DNA of 64,000 bases, from NCBI RefSeq assembly GCF_009914755.1, contig NC_060926.1. The stretch is one strand, 5' to 3'. Source of the stretch: the human T2T-CHM13v2.0 reference genome, Homo sapiens. Below, piece after piece: positions 49,491-62,349 of this stretch (positions are counted from its first letter, which is position 1; each line of letters starts with the position of its first letter). The notes beneath the pieces were generated by a model, which did no database searches, had not been told where the DNA came from, and saw only the letters and a list, made by a program, of their open reading frames with translations. The translations under genes and the position numbers were made by a program.

Positions 49491-52400
49491 ATAATAAAAC
49501 CTTATAGACAAATCAATTTAATATTAATCAGTTTGGCCATAGGTGAGAGTCTCACAAACCCTTTATAATCCTTTACAGATCTTTGTTTAAGAGCGGATCA
49601 GTGCTCTAAGAAAACCCTGTTATGCTGTTATTCCAACATTCAATTCCTGGGAAAACTTAACAATACCCTTTAAATTTAGCCAATATGTTCACACACAGAA
49701 TTTTTTTACAAGATTATTTTTTCAAAAATCTTCCTCAACTTGCTTAAACCTTCAGCTTTATCCTAATTTAAAACAATCCTTTAACCCTCTAAACTAGGCA
49801 AAAATGTATATTCCCGTGCCTTATAGTCTTTCACTAAAAGCACATTTTGCTTTCCTCACACACCTTGCATGTAAAACTGTTTTTTTCGGTGGTCTCAATT
49901 ATATGTTACAATGTTAACTCTTAGCAATTTTTATTTTTGGTGAAAAACCTAGTAAGTGATTTTAATTATCTATTAGGTGTGGAGCCTAAGACACCAGACA
50001 AAAGTGCAGATAAAGTCTGACTCTTTCCAGCATAACCAAGGGGATTGGCTAACTCTACATGTCTCTAGGCCTTACCTAGAATCTAATAGCTCCAAAGCAG
50101 TTAAGTTGAAAATTTTTCCAAAGTCAAAGAAGCAGCTTATTACCTTAAAGCATTTAGTAAACCTAATATTTGACCTGCCTAATTTAGACCAAGTGTCTTT
50201 ATTTTACCAATAATCTTTAAAATTCTTTATTTCTCAAAGCTTACTAAAGTCACGTGAACTAAAAGGCATTACAGTTTTTATTTTTCTGACAATATATTTA
50301 AGTGCTTATTACTTTCAAGCCAATTAATAAGAGCTCTTTCATATCTAAACTTTATACATATAACACATATGAATACACAGAAAGACAAAAGGAGATCCAA
50401 TAGTTGTAAGATTTTTTATTGGTCAGTTTTTAAATTTCTTAATCCAGTTACTGGCTTCAGGGTAGTCTTCAGAGGAACAGGGCTAGGAAAACATGCAGTT
50501 TCTAGGGCCTAATAAGCAGGCACAGCTGTAAGGCAAAACTGTACCCTTGAAATTCAGGGTAGCATTTTTATACTGGATCCTGGCCCCAAAAGAGAAAGGC
50601 TATGGAACAAGACAGTGCAATGATTTCACCCTGCATTTCATTGCAAAGCAACTCAAAGCTGATCAGCCCATTCTGTGATTAACCCATCCCCACAGAAGTC
50701 TTATCACAGTGAGGGGTGGAGACATTTCCATATTTTCTAGGTGACCAAGAGCATGCTTCTCTGATCGAAACGTGCAAAGAAATGAGTATTTCCCCATAAC
50801 TGCCATTTGTCATCCCTAAATGTGTATTTGCCTTAGATTTCGAGAGGGATCTATCTGCTTTCAATTCCTTGGGTTTCACAAGGAAAACAGAAGTTTTTCC
50901 CAAAACAGGCTCTATGGCGTTTCCTCTGTTTTTCCCAAGGAATCCAGGCTGTTAAAACTTGAAAGTTCACTTTTAATTAAGCTGGCTTTTAACCATAACA
51001 CTCTTTAAAAAATATTTTAAATCTCTAATTATCCAACTTTAGCCAGGCCAAATGGCTAATATTTCTGGCTGTTGAACTTTACTAAAGGTAACCTCCCAGA
51101 TGCTCAAAAGAAAGGAAAATTCAAGAAGGGAAGCCAGAAGTTGTATATGGAGGGGAAGAGTATCAAGAAATGGAAAAAGTCACACAGATATCACCCAGAA
51201 AGCACTTATACCCTAAGCCAAGATTGAACCTGGGCTGCCATTGTAAAATGGCAAAGCCTTAGCTGCTGAGATGAAGCATGGGGTGGTTTCCATTGCTCTT
51301 CCCATAAGGAGCATAGAGCAGTCAATTTTGAGCTTGCAATGGCTTTTAACTGATCTAGATAATTTTTAGAGCTATCTATGGCATGAGCCCCCAAATTCCT
51401 GTTTCCTGGATGTTAGAGACCAAGAGAAATTACCGTCACGTGGTTACAAGGTCAAGCCCCCAAAGACATAAAACAAAACAGGATGGAAACCTCATCCAGT
51501 TTTGTTTGTCTGTTTTGTTACCGACCAGCTTGCTGAGCTGTCTTGAGCAGCCAGATTATGGAGCCTAGGCCTGCATTCCACCCTGTGGTACACCTTTTCA
51601 TGACAGAAGGATGTAGAAAGACCAGGTCATAGCGTAAAGTACACCAGATTTGCTACAGCTTCAGACTAGCCTCACAAATCCTTTTTCTCATTAATTAAAA
51701 CTTTGTAAGAGATAGTAATTTTTACTAGTCCTACAATCACTTTGCACAGAGGAAAGGGAAGGGAGAAAAGCATTGCCTGCAGCAGGCTGGGGAAGAGGAA
51801 GAGCTCAGGGAGGCCAGAGAAAGACCCACCCTTTGCAACAACACGGAATCAGAAGTTCAGGCAGCCGCTTGTCAGTTGCAAAGGGATCTTTTCCAGGAGT
51901 CCCATTGGCTCTCAAGTTTCTCCCTTTGAGGAGAAAAAACTCCTCATGTCCTGTGATCCCATGCATACCTAATCCTGTCACCCACAACCATCAGCAAAGA
52001 GTGCAAGGCAGATTAATCCAAAGAGAATAGCAGTTAACATGCCATAGTGCCAAATCAATTTTTAACCAAGAGGGACTTTTCTCGGGGAAGGGTATCTAAC
52101 CCAATCCCATCCTTTACCCAGGTAAAATGTACCCCATTAGTTATTCAAAGTCAGCCAATTGGTGCTGCCGTCTATATCCTTGAATCAGGATAGTAACTAA
52201 GCTAAAAGGTTAGCAGATTTAATGTTTTTAATCAATTAGTCATTTATGCTTTTTATTTGCGTTTTGTAAAGTCTTTAAATAAAAATATTGAAATTTTCTT
52301 AGATGTTTCTGCATATCAATAGGCATCCCTAGATGAGACTAATTTGGGAGCCCTCATTTTTAAATGCATGTCTGTGCAGTGTTGTTCATTTGGAACATTC

Positions 52401-52964
52401 CACTGTAAGTTATCTTTAGTAAGATTTCACCATTTCTGTAAGAGTTTGCTGCTTAGTTCTTCAGAAATTAAGGACCTCATTTTTAGCTCAAATATTGGCT
52501 TTACTCTCAAGTTTCCTGGATCAACTTAGCCAGTGATTTTTTCCTATCTAAGCACATAAGACAAGTGAAACAAATGAATAGGACACAAAAATTCCGGTGA
52601 ATTCCCAAAAGCCAAAATTTATACCCCCTGCAATATTGGCATTTATTATCAGTTTTTTTCTAACCCAGACAGATGTAAGAGGCCTCTAGTTGGATCCAAG
52701 CCAGTTAATTACTGGATCCAATCCAATCCTGGACCCACTCTAGTTTCTGTCATGACTCCTAAACCCAGTTTGAATCAGAAATTTGCTCAAAGAAACTCAG
52801 AGGTCTCAAAACACAAATCCGTGGAGCTTCAGAATATGAGAGAGAACTTACCACGATCCCCAGCTGCTCCAAGAGAGCAATGGGCACAATGGGCCGAGTG
52901 GGAACCACGCTCAGCGCTCCTGGGGGTTGTTAGCTCTTCTTTGGATTCCACTTCTGACACCATC
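49491..52964 (-). mobile_element. MER57-int (ERV1, MER4 group) non-autonomous internal sequence, 3'-truncated
   Basis: Contiguous with the MER57 LTR and PBS; typical MER4-group leader and internal motifs (gagagaacttacc, ggatccaagccagttaatt, gagactaatttgggagccctcatt). No 3' LTR in view. Confidence 0.75.
52945..52962 (-). promoter_or_regulatory. Retroviral primer-binding site complementary to the tRNA-Leu(CAA) 3' end
   Basis: Plus strand attccacttctgacacca versus recalled tRNA-Leu(CAA) 3' end atcccacttctgacacca; located 2 nt from the LTR edge. Confidence 0.85.
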
Positions 52965-53360
52965 TGACAAAAGAAAAACTTCAGCTGAATTAAAATTAAA
53001 GGAGTTCACTTGAGCATGGACAATTCATAAATTGGGCAGCCTCCTGAGCCAAAACAGGCTCTGAGACCCCAGCACAGCCACGTGATGAAAAAAGATTTAT
53101 GGACAGAAAAGGAAAGTAACATAAAGAAAATAGAAGTGAGGTAGAGAAACAGCCGGATTAGTTACAGCTATGTGTTTGCCTTATTTGAACACGGTTCAAA
53201 CAGTTGGCTGCCTTTGATTAACCAAAACTTGGTTATTTGCACAAGTGTAGCTTATGGTCTGTTTACACCTCCACCTGTTATAGTTTACAATGTACAGAGA
53301 AATTTTAGGCAGAACTTAAAATATGTAAGGAGGCAGATTTAGGCTAAACTTGATTTAACA
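52965..53360 (-). mobile_element. MER57 5' LTR
   Basis: Reverse complement begins tgttaaatcaagtttagcctaaatctgcctccttacatattttaagttctgcctaaa and contains aactgtttgaaccgtgttcaaataaggcaaac. Confidence 0.88.
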
Positions 53361-53908
53361 AGTCCTAGAAGCAAGGAGCAGCCCTTATGCCCAGACTGTC
53401 ATCTCTAAATGTAACCTTTCAGTGTAAAGAACCAGGACTCCTTGGACAAATGGCTAATCCAGAGTCTGGAGTAGAAAATGTGCAAGATGAAATATCCTGT
53501 TGTATTTGAAAGCAAGAAATCCATCTAAAAAAAGGGGGCACTACAAGCCACTGATCAAATACGGGAGAGCTTGAGAATCACCAGTAATAATGACTGCCAT
53601 GGACTGAAACCATAAACTATGTTAACATCTATGGGTGCCTAAAACACAAGGAAAATAAAACAGACAAACAAAACAGAGCACAAATTATAGGTCTCCTTAG
53701 GGGTTTACTAAGGTACAAACTAATTATTTTAAAAATCAAAAAATAAAAAAAATGAGAAAGAACCAAGCATTTATTTAGCCTTTCTTCAATCAAGTTTCAG
53801 AGTCACAAAACTGTTGATGAAGAAAGATCTTCATGGAAGAATCAAATCAAAGCAAGTAAATGCAGGAGAATGCTAAAACTAGAAGGCCACTTTTTTGCAA
53901 TATCTAAT

Positions 53909-55989
53909 TGATATAGTTTGGATTTGTGTCCCCACCCAAATTTCATGTTTAATTATAACCCTCATATGTCTGGGGAGGAGACTAGTGGGAGGTGATTGGA
54001 TCATGGGGGCAGATTTCCCCTTGCTGTTTTAGTGATAGTGAGTTCTAATGAGATCTAATGGTTTAAAACTGTGGCACTTTCCCCTTTGCTGTTTCTCTCT
54101 CTCACCTGCTCTACCATGGTGAAATGTGCCTTGCTTCACCTTCATCTTCTGCCATGATTATATAAGTTTCCTGAGGCCTCCCCAGTCATGTGGAACTGTG
54201 AGTCAATTAAATTTCTGTTCTTTATAAATTATCCAGTCTCAGATAGTTCTTAACAGCAGTGTGAGAACAGACTAATACAGAAAATTGGTACTGGGAGTGG
54301 GGCACTGCTATAAAGATACCTGAAAATGTGAAAGAAACTTTGGAACTGGGTAACAGGCAGTGATTGGGACAGTTTGGAGGGCTGAGAAGAAGACAGAAAG
54401 ATGAGTGAAAGTTTGGAACTTCCTAGAGACTTGTTGAATGACCAAATTGCTGATAGTGATATGGATAGTGAAGTCCAGGCTGAGGTGGTCTCAGATGGAG
54501 ATGACGAACTTATTGGGAACTAGAGTAAAGGTCACTCCCTCTATGCTTTAGCAAAGAGACTGGCAGCATTTTTCCCCTGACGTAGAGATCGGTGGAACTT
54601 TGTACTTGAGATAAATGATTTAGGGTATCTGGCGAAAGACATTTCTAAACAGCAAAGAACTCAAGAAGTGACCTGGCTGTTTCTAAAATTGTATGCTTAT
54701 ATGTATGAACAAAGAGATTATGTGAAACTGGAACTTATATTTAAAAGGGAAGCGGAGCATAAAAGTTTGGAAAATTTGCAGCTCAGCTATGTGGTGGAAA
54801 AGAAAAGCCAATTTTCTAGGTAGAAATTCAATCCAGCTGCAGAAACTTGCATAAGTAATGAGCAGCTGAAGGTCAATAGCCAAAACAATGGGGAAAATAT
54901 CTCCAGGGTATTTCAGAGATTTTCACCCATTATAGTCCGAGATACCTAGGAGAATAAAAGTGGTTTTGTGTACTGGGTCTCAGGGCCCTCTGCTGTATGC
55001 AGCCTCAGGACATGGCACCTGCATCCCAGCCACTTCAGCTCTAGCCATGGCTAAAAGGGGCAAAGATACAGCTCAGACCATGGCTTCAGAGGGAGCAAGC
55101 CCCAAGCCTTGGCAGCTTCCATGTGGTGTTGGAGCTTCAGGTTTGCAGAAAGCAAGAACTGAGTTTTGGGAACCTCTGGCTAGATTTCAGAGGATGTATG
55201 GAAATGCCTGTATGTCCAGGCATTTCCTCTGCTGCATGGGCGGAGCCCTCATGGAGAACCTCTAATAGGGAAAAGCAGAAGGGAAATGTGGGATTGGAGC
55301 CCACACACAGAGTCCACAGAGTCCTCACTGGGACACTGCCTGGTGAAGCTGTGAGAAGAGAGCCACCGTCCTCCAAACCCCAGAAGGGTAGATCTACTGA
55401 CAGCTTGCACCTGCCTAAGAACTTGAGAGTCTACCCTTTATATCAGCGTGGCCTGGATGTGAGATGTGGAGTCAAAGGAGATTTTGCAGCTTTAAGATTT
55501 AATGTCTGGCCTGCCTGGTTTTGTACTTCCATGGAGCCTGTAGCCCCTTTGTTTTGGCCAATTTCTCCCTTTTGGAATGGGAGCATTTATTTAATGCCTG
55601 TTTCCCCAAGTTAGTTACCTCTAAGTATCTAAGTTGTTTTTGACTTTATAGCCTCATAGGCAGAGGGACTTGCCTTGTCTCAGATGAGCCTTTGGACTTG
55701 GACTTTTGAGTTAATGCTAGAATGAGTTAAGACTTTGGGGGACTGTTGGGAAGGCATGATTGGTTTTGAAATGTGAGGAGGACATGAGATTTTCGAGGGG
55801 CCCAGGCTAGAATGATATGGTTTGGATTTGAGTCCCCACCCAAATCTCATGTCAAATTGTGATCCCCACATATCAGGGGAGGGGACTGGTAGGAAGTGAT
55901 TGAACCATGGGGACAGATTTCCCCCTTATTCTCACGACAGATGAATTAGTTCTCACGAGATCTGATCGTTTAACAGTTTGGCACTTCCT

Positions 55990-56050
<61 letters not shown>

Positions 56051-56242
56051 GCTTTGCCATTGTGAAGATGTGCATGCTCCCACTTCACCATCTGCTGTGA
56101 CTGTAAGTATCCTGAGGCCTCCAGTCATGCTTCCTATTAAGCCTGTGGAACTGTGAGTCAATTAATTCTCTTTATTTTTTTTTAAAGTAAATCACTCAGT
56201 CTACAGTAGTTCTTTATAACAGTGTCAGAATGGACTAATACA
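53909..56242 (+). mobile_element. Complete MaLR element (THE1D/MSTA-type): 5' LTR 53909-54279, internal 54280-55812, 3' LTR 55813-56242
   Basis: Two tgatat...actaataca LTRs; internal gaaaattggtac...aagatacctgaaaatgtg...tttggaactgggtaacaggcag; flanking 5-mers ctaat/cgaat (4 of 5 match, TSD). Confidence 0.93.
55993..56048. repeat. (TC)28 microsatellite in the 3' LTR
   Basis: Uninterrupted tc run. Confidence 0.97.
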
Positions 56243-56277
56243 CGAATCAAATAATGTCTCTAGACAATTACATCAAC

Positions 56278-56338
56278 AAATGCTAAATCCTTTAGGTGAA
56301 TATTTGAAATGCTAAATCCCTTAGGTGAATATTTGAAA
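56278..56338. repeat. 29-bp tandem duplication (1 mismatch)
   Basis: aaatgctaaatcctttaggtgaatatttg then aaatgctaaatcccttaggtgaatatttg. Confidence 0.93.
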
Positions 56339-57049
56339 CTCTGTAAGAGTTGAATGACATTAAAGATTTCTATTACTGTTACTATTGATGAATCTTTATA
56401 ATTCTAAAGTTAAACAATCAGATACAATGTATCTCTTTGTAGAATGCAGCGAGATGCTTAATTGAATGTTCGTTAGCTACCTATTTACAGAAAATTCAGA
56501 AACACAATAAGAGAGAGAAACATGTTAAACAATACCAAAGGGACATAACCTATCCAATTCAGAATGTGTTGAAATTTTTACAGGACAAATGGCCCACTTT
56601 TGTAAACATATAAATAGGAGAGAGTGTATGAGTGAGAGAGAATGAGAATGAACAATTATATCATTAAAAGTGATATAAGAGACATATCAGCCAAATGCCA
56701 TATGTGGGTAGACCTTGTTTGGACCACAGTCTTGATAAACCAACTGTAAAAAGATGTATCAGATATTGCTATAAAATTTTTCTTAATTATATTGTCATAA
56801 TATATATAAAATTTCCTTATCTGTTATATATATTACTTGAAGTATTTATAGGGAAAGCTATGTGATATCTAGAATTTGCTTTAAAATACTCCAGAAAAAC
56901 ATAATGTATTATGAGGATTGATAAAACATTTAGGACAGAAAGTTGATCATTATTGAAACTTGGTTAAGGGCACATGGGAGTTTATTTGATTAGTCTCTCT
57001 ACTTCTACATATATTTGCAAATGTCCATAATAAAAAGCTGTGCATTTGT

Positions 57050-57101
57050 AAAAAAAAAAAAAAAGAAAGAAACACACACACACCACACACACACACACAC
57101 A
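57050..57101. repeat. Poly-A followed by interrupted (CA)n
   Basis: a15-gaaagaaa-(ca)n. Confidence 0.9.
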
Positions 57102-57650
57102 ATGGTATATTTCAGTTTCTAAAAAAATCGATATAAAATTATTGCTGAAGAAATAATTCTTTTAGGAGCTATCTAATTAAAGGCTTTCGGAAAACCTGAA
57201 AATTGCATGGTTCCTTATTTCTCTTTCTTTATTATCATATCATAAAAATGGTATGTATGTCACTCTATAGTGAAAGTTTGGAATAAGGAGGATGTTGCAC
57301 TTGAAATGAGAATAGAACTCAGCAATAATATTTCTAATATGTGTCCAATGTACAGTTACTTTAAAGGAGGGCAAAACATTCTTCTAGTTCAAGATATTGT
57401 TTCTAAAATTCATATTTTATAACAAACTATAAAATGAAAGACTTTTGCTTTATCTTACTTTTCAAATATCTTTTAAAAACTTACTCGTGAACACTCCTTA
57501 TTTTTCAGGTATAACGCTACAGTTAATTTTGTTTTCTGTTTTGGCAAAAAAATCAGATTTTGACTATTTCCCCTTTTTTGGTAATTTCTTTTAGCAATTA
57601 ATTTCTGAGGATCTGTGTCTTCTTAATGAGTACATTTTATCTCATGAGTT

Positions 57651-58350
57651 TGAAACTGCCTTTGCAAAAGCTGTATCAGTGAGAAAACTATAACAGTAAA
57701 CTAAGCTAACCCAACCCCCATCTTGCCTTTTCCTTAATTATTCCCGGGCTATTGGGCCAAGCCAACTTTGGCAGACATTTAAGCTACAATTTAAATGATA
57801 GTAGGCTTTGCCAACAACTCAGCCACTTTTGTAAAACCAATAGGAGGCCACCAGGCTGAAGGGAGGAGAGGAGCCTTAGTCCTGATAAGGTCAGCTATTA
57901 TTTTAGAGGTTATAAAATATGCAACTTCCTCAATTACTCCTGCAAATAGCACCACTATTGTAGATTGGCCTTTTGAGATATCTTTTCAGGTTTTTTGTAT
58001 GTCTGACTCCCAGGGCTCCACCTGGACCCACAACACCCCCCGCCAAACCCCCACTCCTGTGGCCCCACCTAGAAGCAATTCCACTTGCAGGAGAACAGTT
58101 TCAACCCCCTGTGATTTCATCTCTGCCCCAACATATCAGCAGCAAGCACCTGTTACCTGGCCACTCGCACCCTTCCCCACAAACTGCCCTTGAAAAACCT
58201 CTAACCCAGGAGCTTTGAAGGTGATGATTTGAGTACAAACTCCTTCTCTTACATGTGGCATGGCCATCCTCGTCTATTAAACTCTTTCTCTACTACAGTG
58301 CCATGGTCTTTCTTTATGCAGAAGTAGGAATAACCTCTCAGGTGGTTACA
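57651..58350 (+). mobile_element. ERV1 solo LTR (MER50-family-like)
   Basis: tgaaactgcctttgcaaaa...gtagattggccttttgagatatcttttcagg...attaaactctttctctact...ggtggttaca; flanking 4-mers agtt/agct. Confidence 0.85.
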
Positions 58351-59292
58351 AGCTTAGAATACTTGGAATATTCTATAACGATTTCAAGATTGATTGAATT
58401 TGGGAAACTCTTCCTAAAATTCCAAGTTGCCACTTTATATGTGACAGGTAATGGGAGACCAGATCAAACTTCCTAACAGAGCCAACTGCAAACCCATTTT
58501 TCTAAAAAAAGACTGTATCCTAATGATTTATTTTTAAGTACAGGATTCGTGCCTTGCTAATTGCTCTTTTTGTTCTCCAACCAACCTGAAAACATTGTAC
58601 TTAATGGGTGGGCAATTAATGAATGAATAAACTAGTATGGGAAAAATTAGCAATCAGAATGCGTAGTACAGCTCTAAAAGGTTAAGCAACTAACAGTTAA
58701 AAGAAAGAAATGCTGAAAAAGTGAAGCACTAATCACTAGAGCCACATCAGGGAATGTTTTCCAAGGCAGTTGCACAAATACAGTATACCCATAGGGGTGG
58801 GGCAGTTTTCACCCCGCAAATGTTTGGAAAATACATCCTGTAGGCTTCTGCTTCCTGCTGCAGATCCATAGGGTATATTAATGGCTGGCAAACAATAGCA
58901 TGCTATGTCTGATTGCTCAAGGCATTATTTTTTTTCTCTAAAGTTTGCATCAAGGAATATTTTTCAAAATGTTTCTAAAGGTCATTTGGAATCTTCTTGA
59001 AACTAAGAAAATAATGAGATGCCTGGAAATGCTGAGACACTTGCTTTCTAATTCATAGCTGAAAACACAATAAGCCTTTATGTATATGTCATTTTCAAGA
59101 CAGCCTTCATTTTCTGCACAGATGCTCACATACCTGAAACTAAGGGTTCAGTATAATCAGGACTGAAATTTTTAGAATATATGGTTCTAAACTCCTATCC
59201 TAAAGCATTTTGCATATTTCCAATAATATAACTTCATTCCTGCCACAGGAGATTTCTGATAATTAGAAAACAGTTACTGAAATGCAGAAGAT

Positions 59293-59365
59293 GGCTGGGC
59301 TTGGTGGCTTCTGCCTGTACTCCCAACATTTTGGAAGGCTGAGGTGGGAAGACTGCTTGAGGTCA
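59293..59365 (+). mobile_element. Alu/FLAM 5' fragment lacking its 3' part and tail
   Basis: ggctgggcttggtggcttctgcctgtactcccaacattttggaaggctgaggtgggaagactgcttgaggtca, then unrelated sequence. Confidence 0.8.
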
Positions 59366-59749
59366 CAAAGTCCTCACAAAGGTGCAGCTAACGATTCACC
59401 CTATGTTGACTTTAAACATCTCATTCCCAACCGCCCCCCCGCCCCAAGTAAACAGCAATATCGTTTAATGTAAAATTCCCTGCAAGCAATGCTTTTCAAT
59501 TCTAATGAAATCAGTAAAGATGATGCAGATGATTAAAAGAATGATTTTGCTTCCATTTGTGAAGTATATTTACTTATGAGCAATTAAGTATGTGCTATTT
59601 ACTGCTTATAAATTAACAGAAAATATTTACTGTGCTAGCTTACAATTATCAAAAAAAACCCCAAAAGTTTGACTTAATAAATTTGACCCTGTTAAAAATT
59701 GTGTCAAAGTATTCCATTCTGAGGAAAGTGTGAGAGGGAAGACATAAAA

Positions 59750-59885
59750 GCAACTTTAGAGCTGAGATGAACCACTGAGCTAATTTCATCTACCCTCTTA
59801 CTTTTTTACAAGAGGAAACAGGAGTTCCAGAGAGGGGAATTTATTTGTTCAAAGCAATTAGTCTCAATATAGGGACTGGAACCCC
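59750..59885 (-). mobile_element. MIR fragment
   Basis: accctcttactttttacaagaggaaacaggagttccagagaggggaatttatttgttcaaag...gggactggaacccc. Confidence 0.6.
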
Positions 59886-62349
59886 TTAAATAAGGAAAAC
59901 AGAAAAACAGTAAGGTTGAGAGAAGGTGGGTGTATTAACATCTCTTAGGGCATATAAATCTGGCTTTCCAACTTGGGTAGAGCAGTAGCCATTCCTCTCC
60001 TCTTCAATTTGCATTTCTTCCTTCTCTGTATATTTACTCTTTATGCCATTTCTAAATGCATGGGAAATGCAAGAGGTGAAAAAGGATTGAGGCAGGGGCA
60101 CTTAGATCCAAGGGGATACAGGGTTATTTGAGCTGATTAATTTAGGTTGGACCTGCTCTGTCAGTATTCACAGTAAACACTAATTCCTCTGTGCAAATAA
60201 GAACATAAGATGGGCAAGACATAACGTAGATAACAGCTTCCTATGGATCAGATGCTGTTCCAAAGCCCTTTACATGGATAATTTCATTTAAACTGCTAAA
60301 CTCTATGAAGCACTTAGCATACATGATAAAAGAAAAGCACATAAAATTTTAATTAAATTACACAAATCACCTACGTAATTAATGATTGAGTCAGAACTTC
60401 AACCCAAACCAGGTGATTCTAAAGACAGTACTCTTGGCAATTATTCCATGCCAGATCTAAAAATTATGCCAATTCTATCATTAAATATTGTACTCATAGT
60501 ATTTCTATTATTTGGGTTAATAATTTCAACCACACGCAGCATGTATTTTAACATAATTCATAAGAAGTAAATGTCACTGATAGGATCTTTAGTTCCTTTG
60601 TCTTGGAGGTGGGAGGTGATTCCTGTGGAAATGAAATTCATCAGTCTATTCAACAAATAGTGCCTGTTTTACATATAACACATCAGGCATGGAGATACAA
60701 TGGGAAGGAAGAGAGATAGACAGAAGACAGAGGGTATGATGAAGAATCAGTGACAATTAAAAATCCAAGATAATTTTACCGATTTATGTTATATTGAGAT
60801 AATTTTCATAAAGTAGAAGTAGAAGAGATGGTAATGTGAATAAAAAAGAAAACAAGGTAATCTCTAGAAGCTGAATTATGAAGAATAATTTCCAAGTAAT
60901 ATTGAGTGCTGCAAACAGTGAATGTTGAAATCTCCATTCTTCAATATTGATTAGAGTAGAAGGAAGACAAAAACTCTTTTTGAAGGTACAATCTTCAGGG
61001 AGATTTCACTGGGACAGTTAGTAAGTAGAAAAAGAACGTCTCTTTCTTTAGCTCTCAAAAGGACATTTTACCCATTTTTATTTCTTACTCTTCCCTGAAC
61101 TAACAATGAAAAGGTCAAGAAAATTTTTTTAAACCTCTGCTATACACCTATAAGAAGTTTCTACAGCATTTGTTAAGGAATGACAACATGCTTAACAGAC
61201 AGTATGACCTTCTAGAACATACAGCATGAAATGTGATTTTAAAACTTTTTTTCTCCCAAGATAAATCACAATACTAGAGGGGGAAATGAAACTTCCTATT
61301 AACCCTAAACTGGGCAACAGCAGGGAACTTGGCACTGATTTTCATTTACCTTATTCCTCTAACCCAGTGTACTTTTCCTTCATCAAATTGGAAGTAAACA
61401 TGTTCATGTTCATGTAATCTCCATATAAAGTTGATTGAGAACTTCTGGGCTGTTTTCTAAAAAGATCTGTGTACATGTCCATACTAGCACATTAGATTTA
61501 GATAGAAAAAAAACTGCTACATTAATTCTCTTTGTTCTATTCTAGGACAACACATGTAATTATCCTTTAACTAAAGCTTGCTGAGGAGGGTGACTCATAT
61601 TCAAATATGTCTCTGCTTCCAGAGTGCAGCAGTGAAAAGAGTGATTATCACCTCCAGTCTCTGCCTACTGCTTTAAATCTCAGCTCCCAAAAAGTGGAGG
61701 AACTTAAAATTTTCTCTTTCTTTTAGTCCTTTGGGATTAATTCATTGTTAATTTAATCTTTATAAAAGAAACCATCCTTAAGGATATAGAATTGGACTCA
61801 TTTGCTGTGATTTGATTGGTACTGAATGGCAATTGGGCTTTAATACAAAAAAAAAAAAAAAGAAGAAGAAGGAAATTCTAACAGTCTGTGTCATGCACAA
61901 GGTTTTCACATTTAACACAGCTCCTGTACATGGCAGGCGCTTCACAAATATTTGTTTAATTAATTGATGAATCCCTTTCGGTCCAATGGTTCAGAAGTAC
62001 CCTATCAAAGTGCAACTAGAGCAAGTTAAAATCAAGGCCCTTAGTGAACTGATCAGGTTAGGCCTCTATAGGGGCAACGGAAGGTGAGCTGAGCCCTTCA
62101 AGGTTATCCACAGGCCAGTGAATTCAGAAGAGAAGATGTCAACGATGAAACACTCTCAAATTAACTGCTTTGCACAGCACCTTGGATAGAAGGCCATAAA
62201 ACCATAAAATTATGTCTGTGAACCTTATAAATTATAATTATTTTTTGACGATGCTGGTTTTAATATTATATAAACAGGAACTGTGCCAATGATGAAATTA
62301 CTGCTCTGAGAACAACACTGGCAGTGAGTTATTAGAAATGACAGTTGAG

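Larger units (their letters stand above)
48100..57040 (+). mobile_element. Old L1ME/L1MC 3'UTR remnant hosting nested insertions (pieces at about 48100-48970, 53361-53908, 56243-57040)
   Basis: gttttgactttcaaatcacgtaaat, ctagaagcaaggagcagcccttatgcccagactgtcatctctaaat, aaccaggactccttggacaaatggct, tgtgatatctagaatttgctttaaaatactccag, tccataataaaaag. Confidence 0.6.

Noticed and set aside
52943-52962. tRNA-Leu 3'-end match including CCA
   Set aside because: Only about 18 nt, adjacent to an LTR, with no cloverleaf; it is a primer-binding site, not a tRNA gene.
54960-55614. Longest ORFs in the track (101 and 163 aa)
   Set aside because: Inside the MaLR internal region; decayed retroelement sequence with an internal deletion and no exon structure.
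55873-56161. ORFs with (ER)n repeats
   Set aside because: Translation of (TC)28 in an LTR.
57795-58218. 132-aa and 81-aa ORFs
   Set aside because: Entirely within a solo LTR; no recognisable domain or splice context.
58780-58880. Possible MITE with tataccc...gggtata termini
   Set aside because: The inverted match is too short and imperfect to separate from chance.
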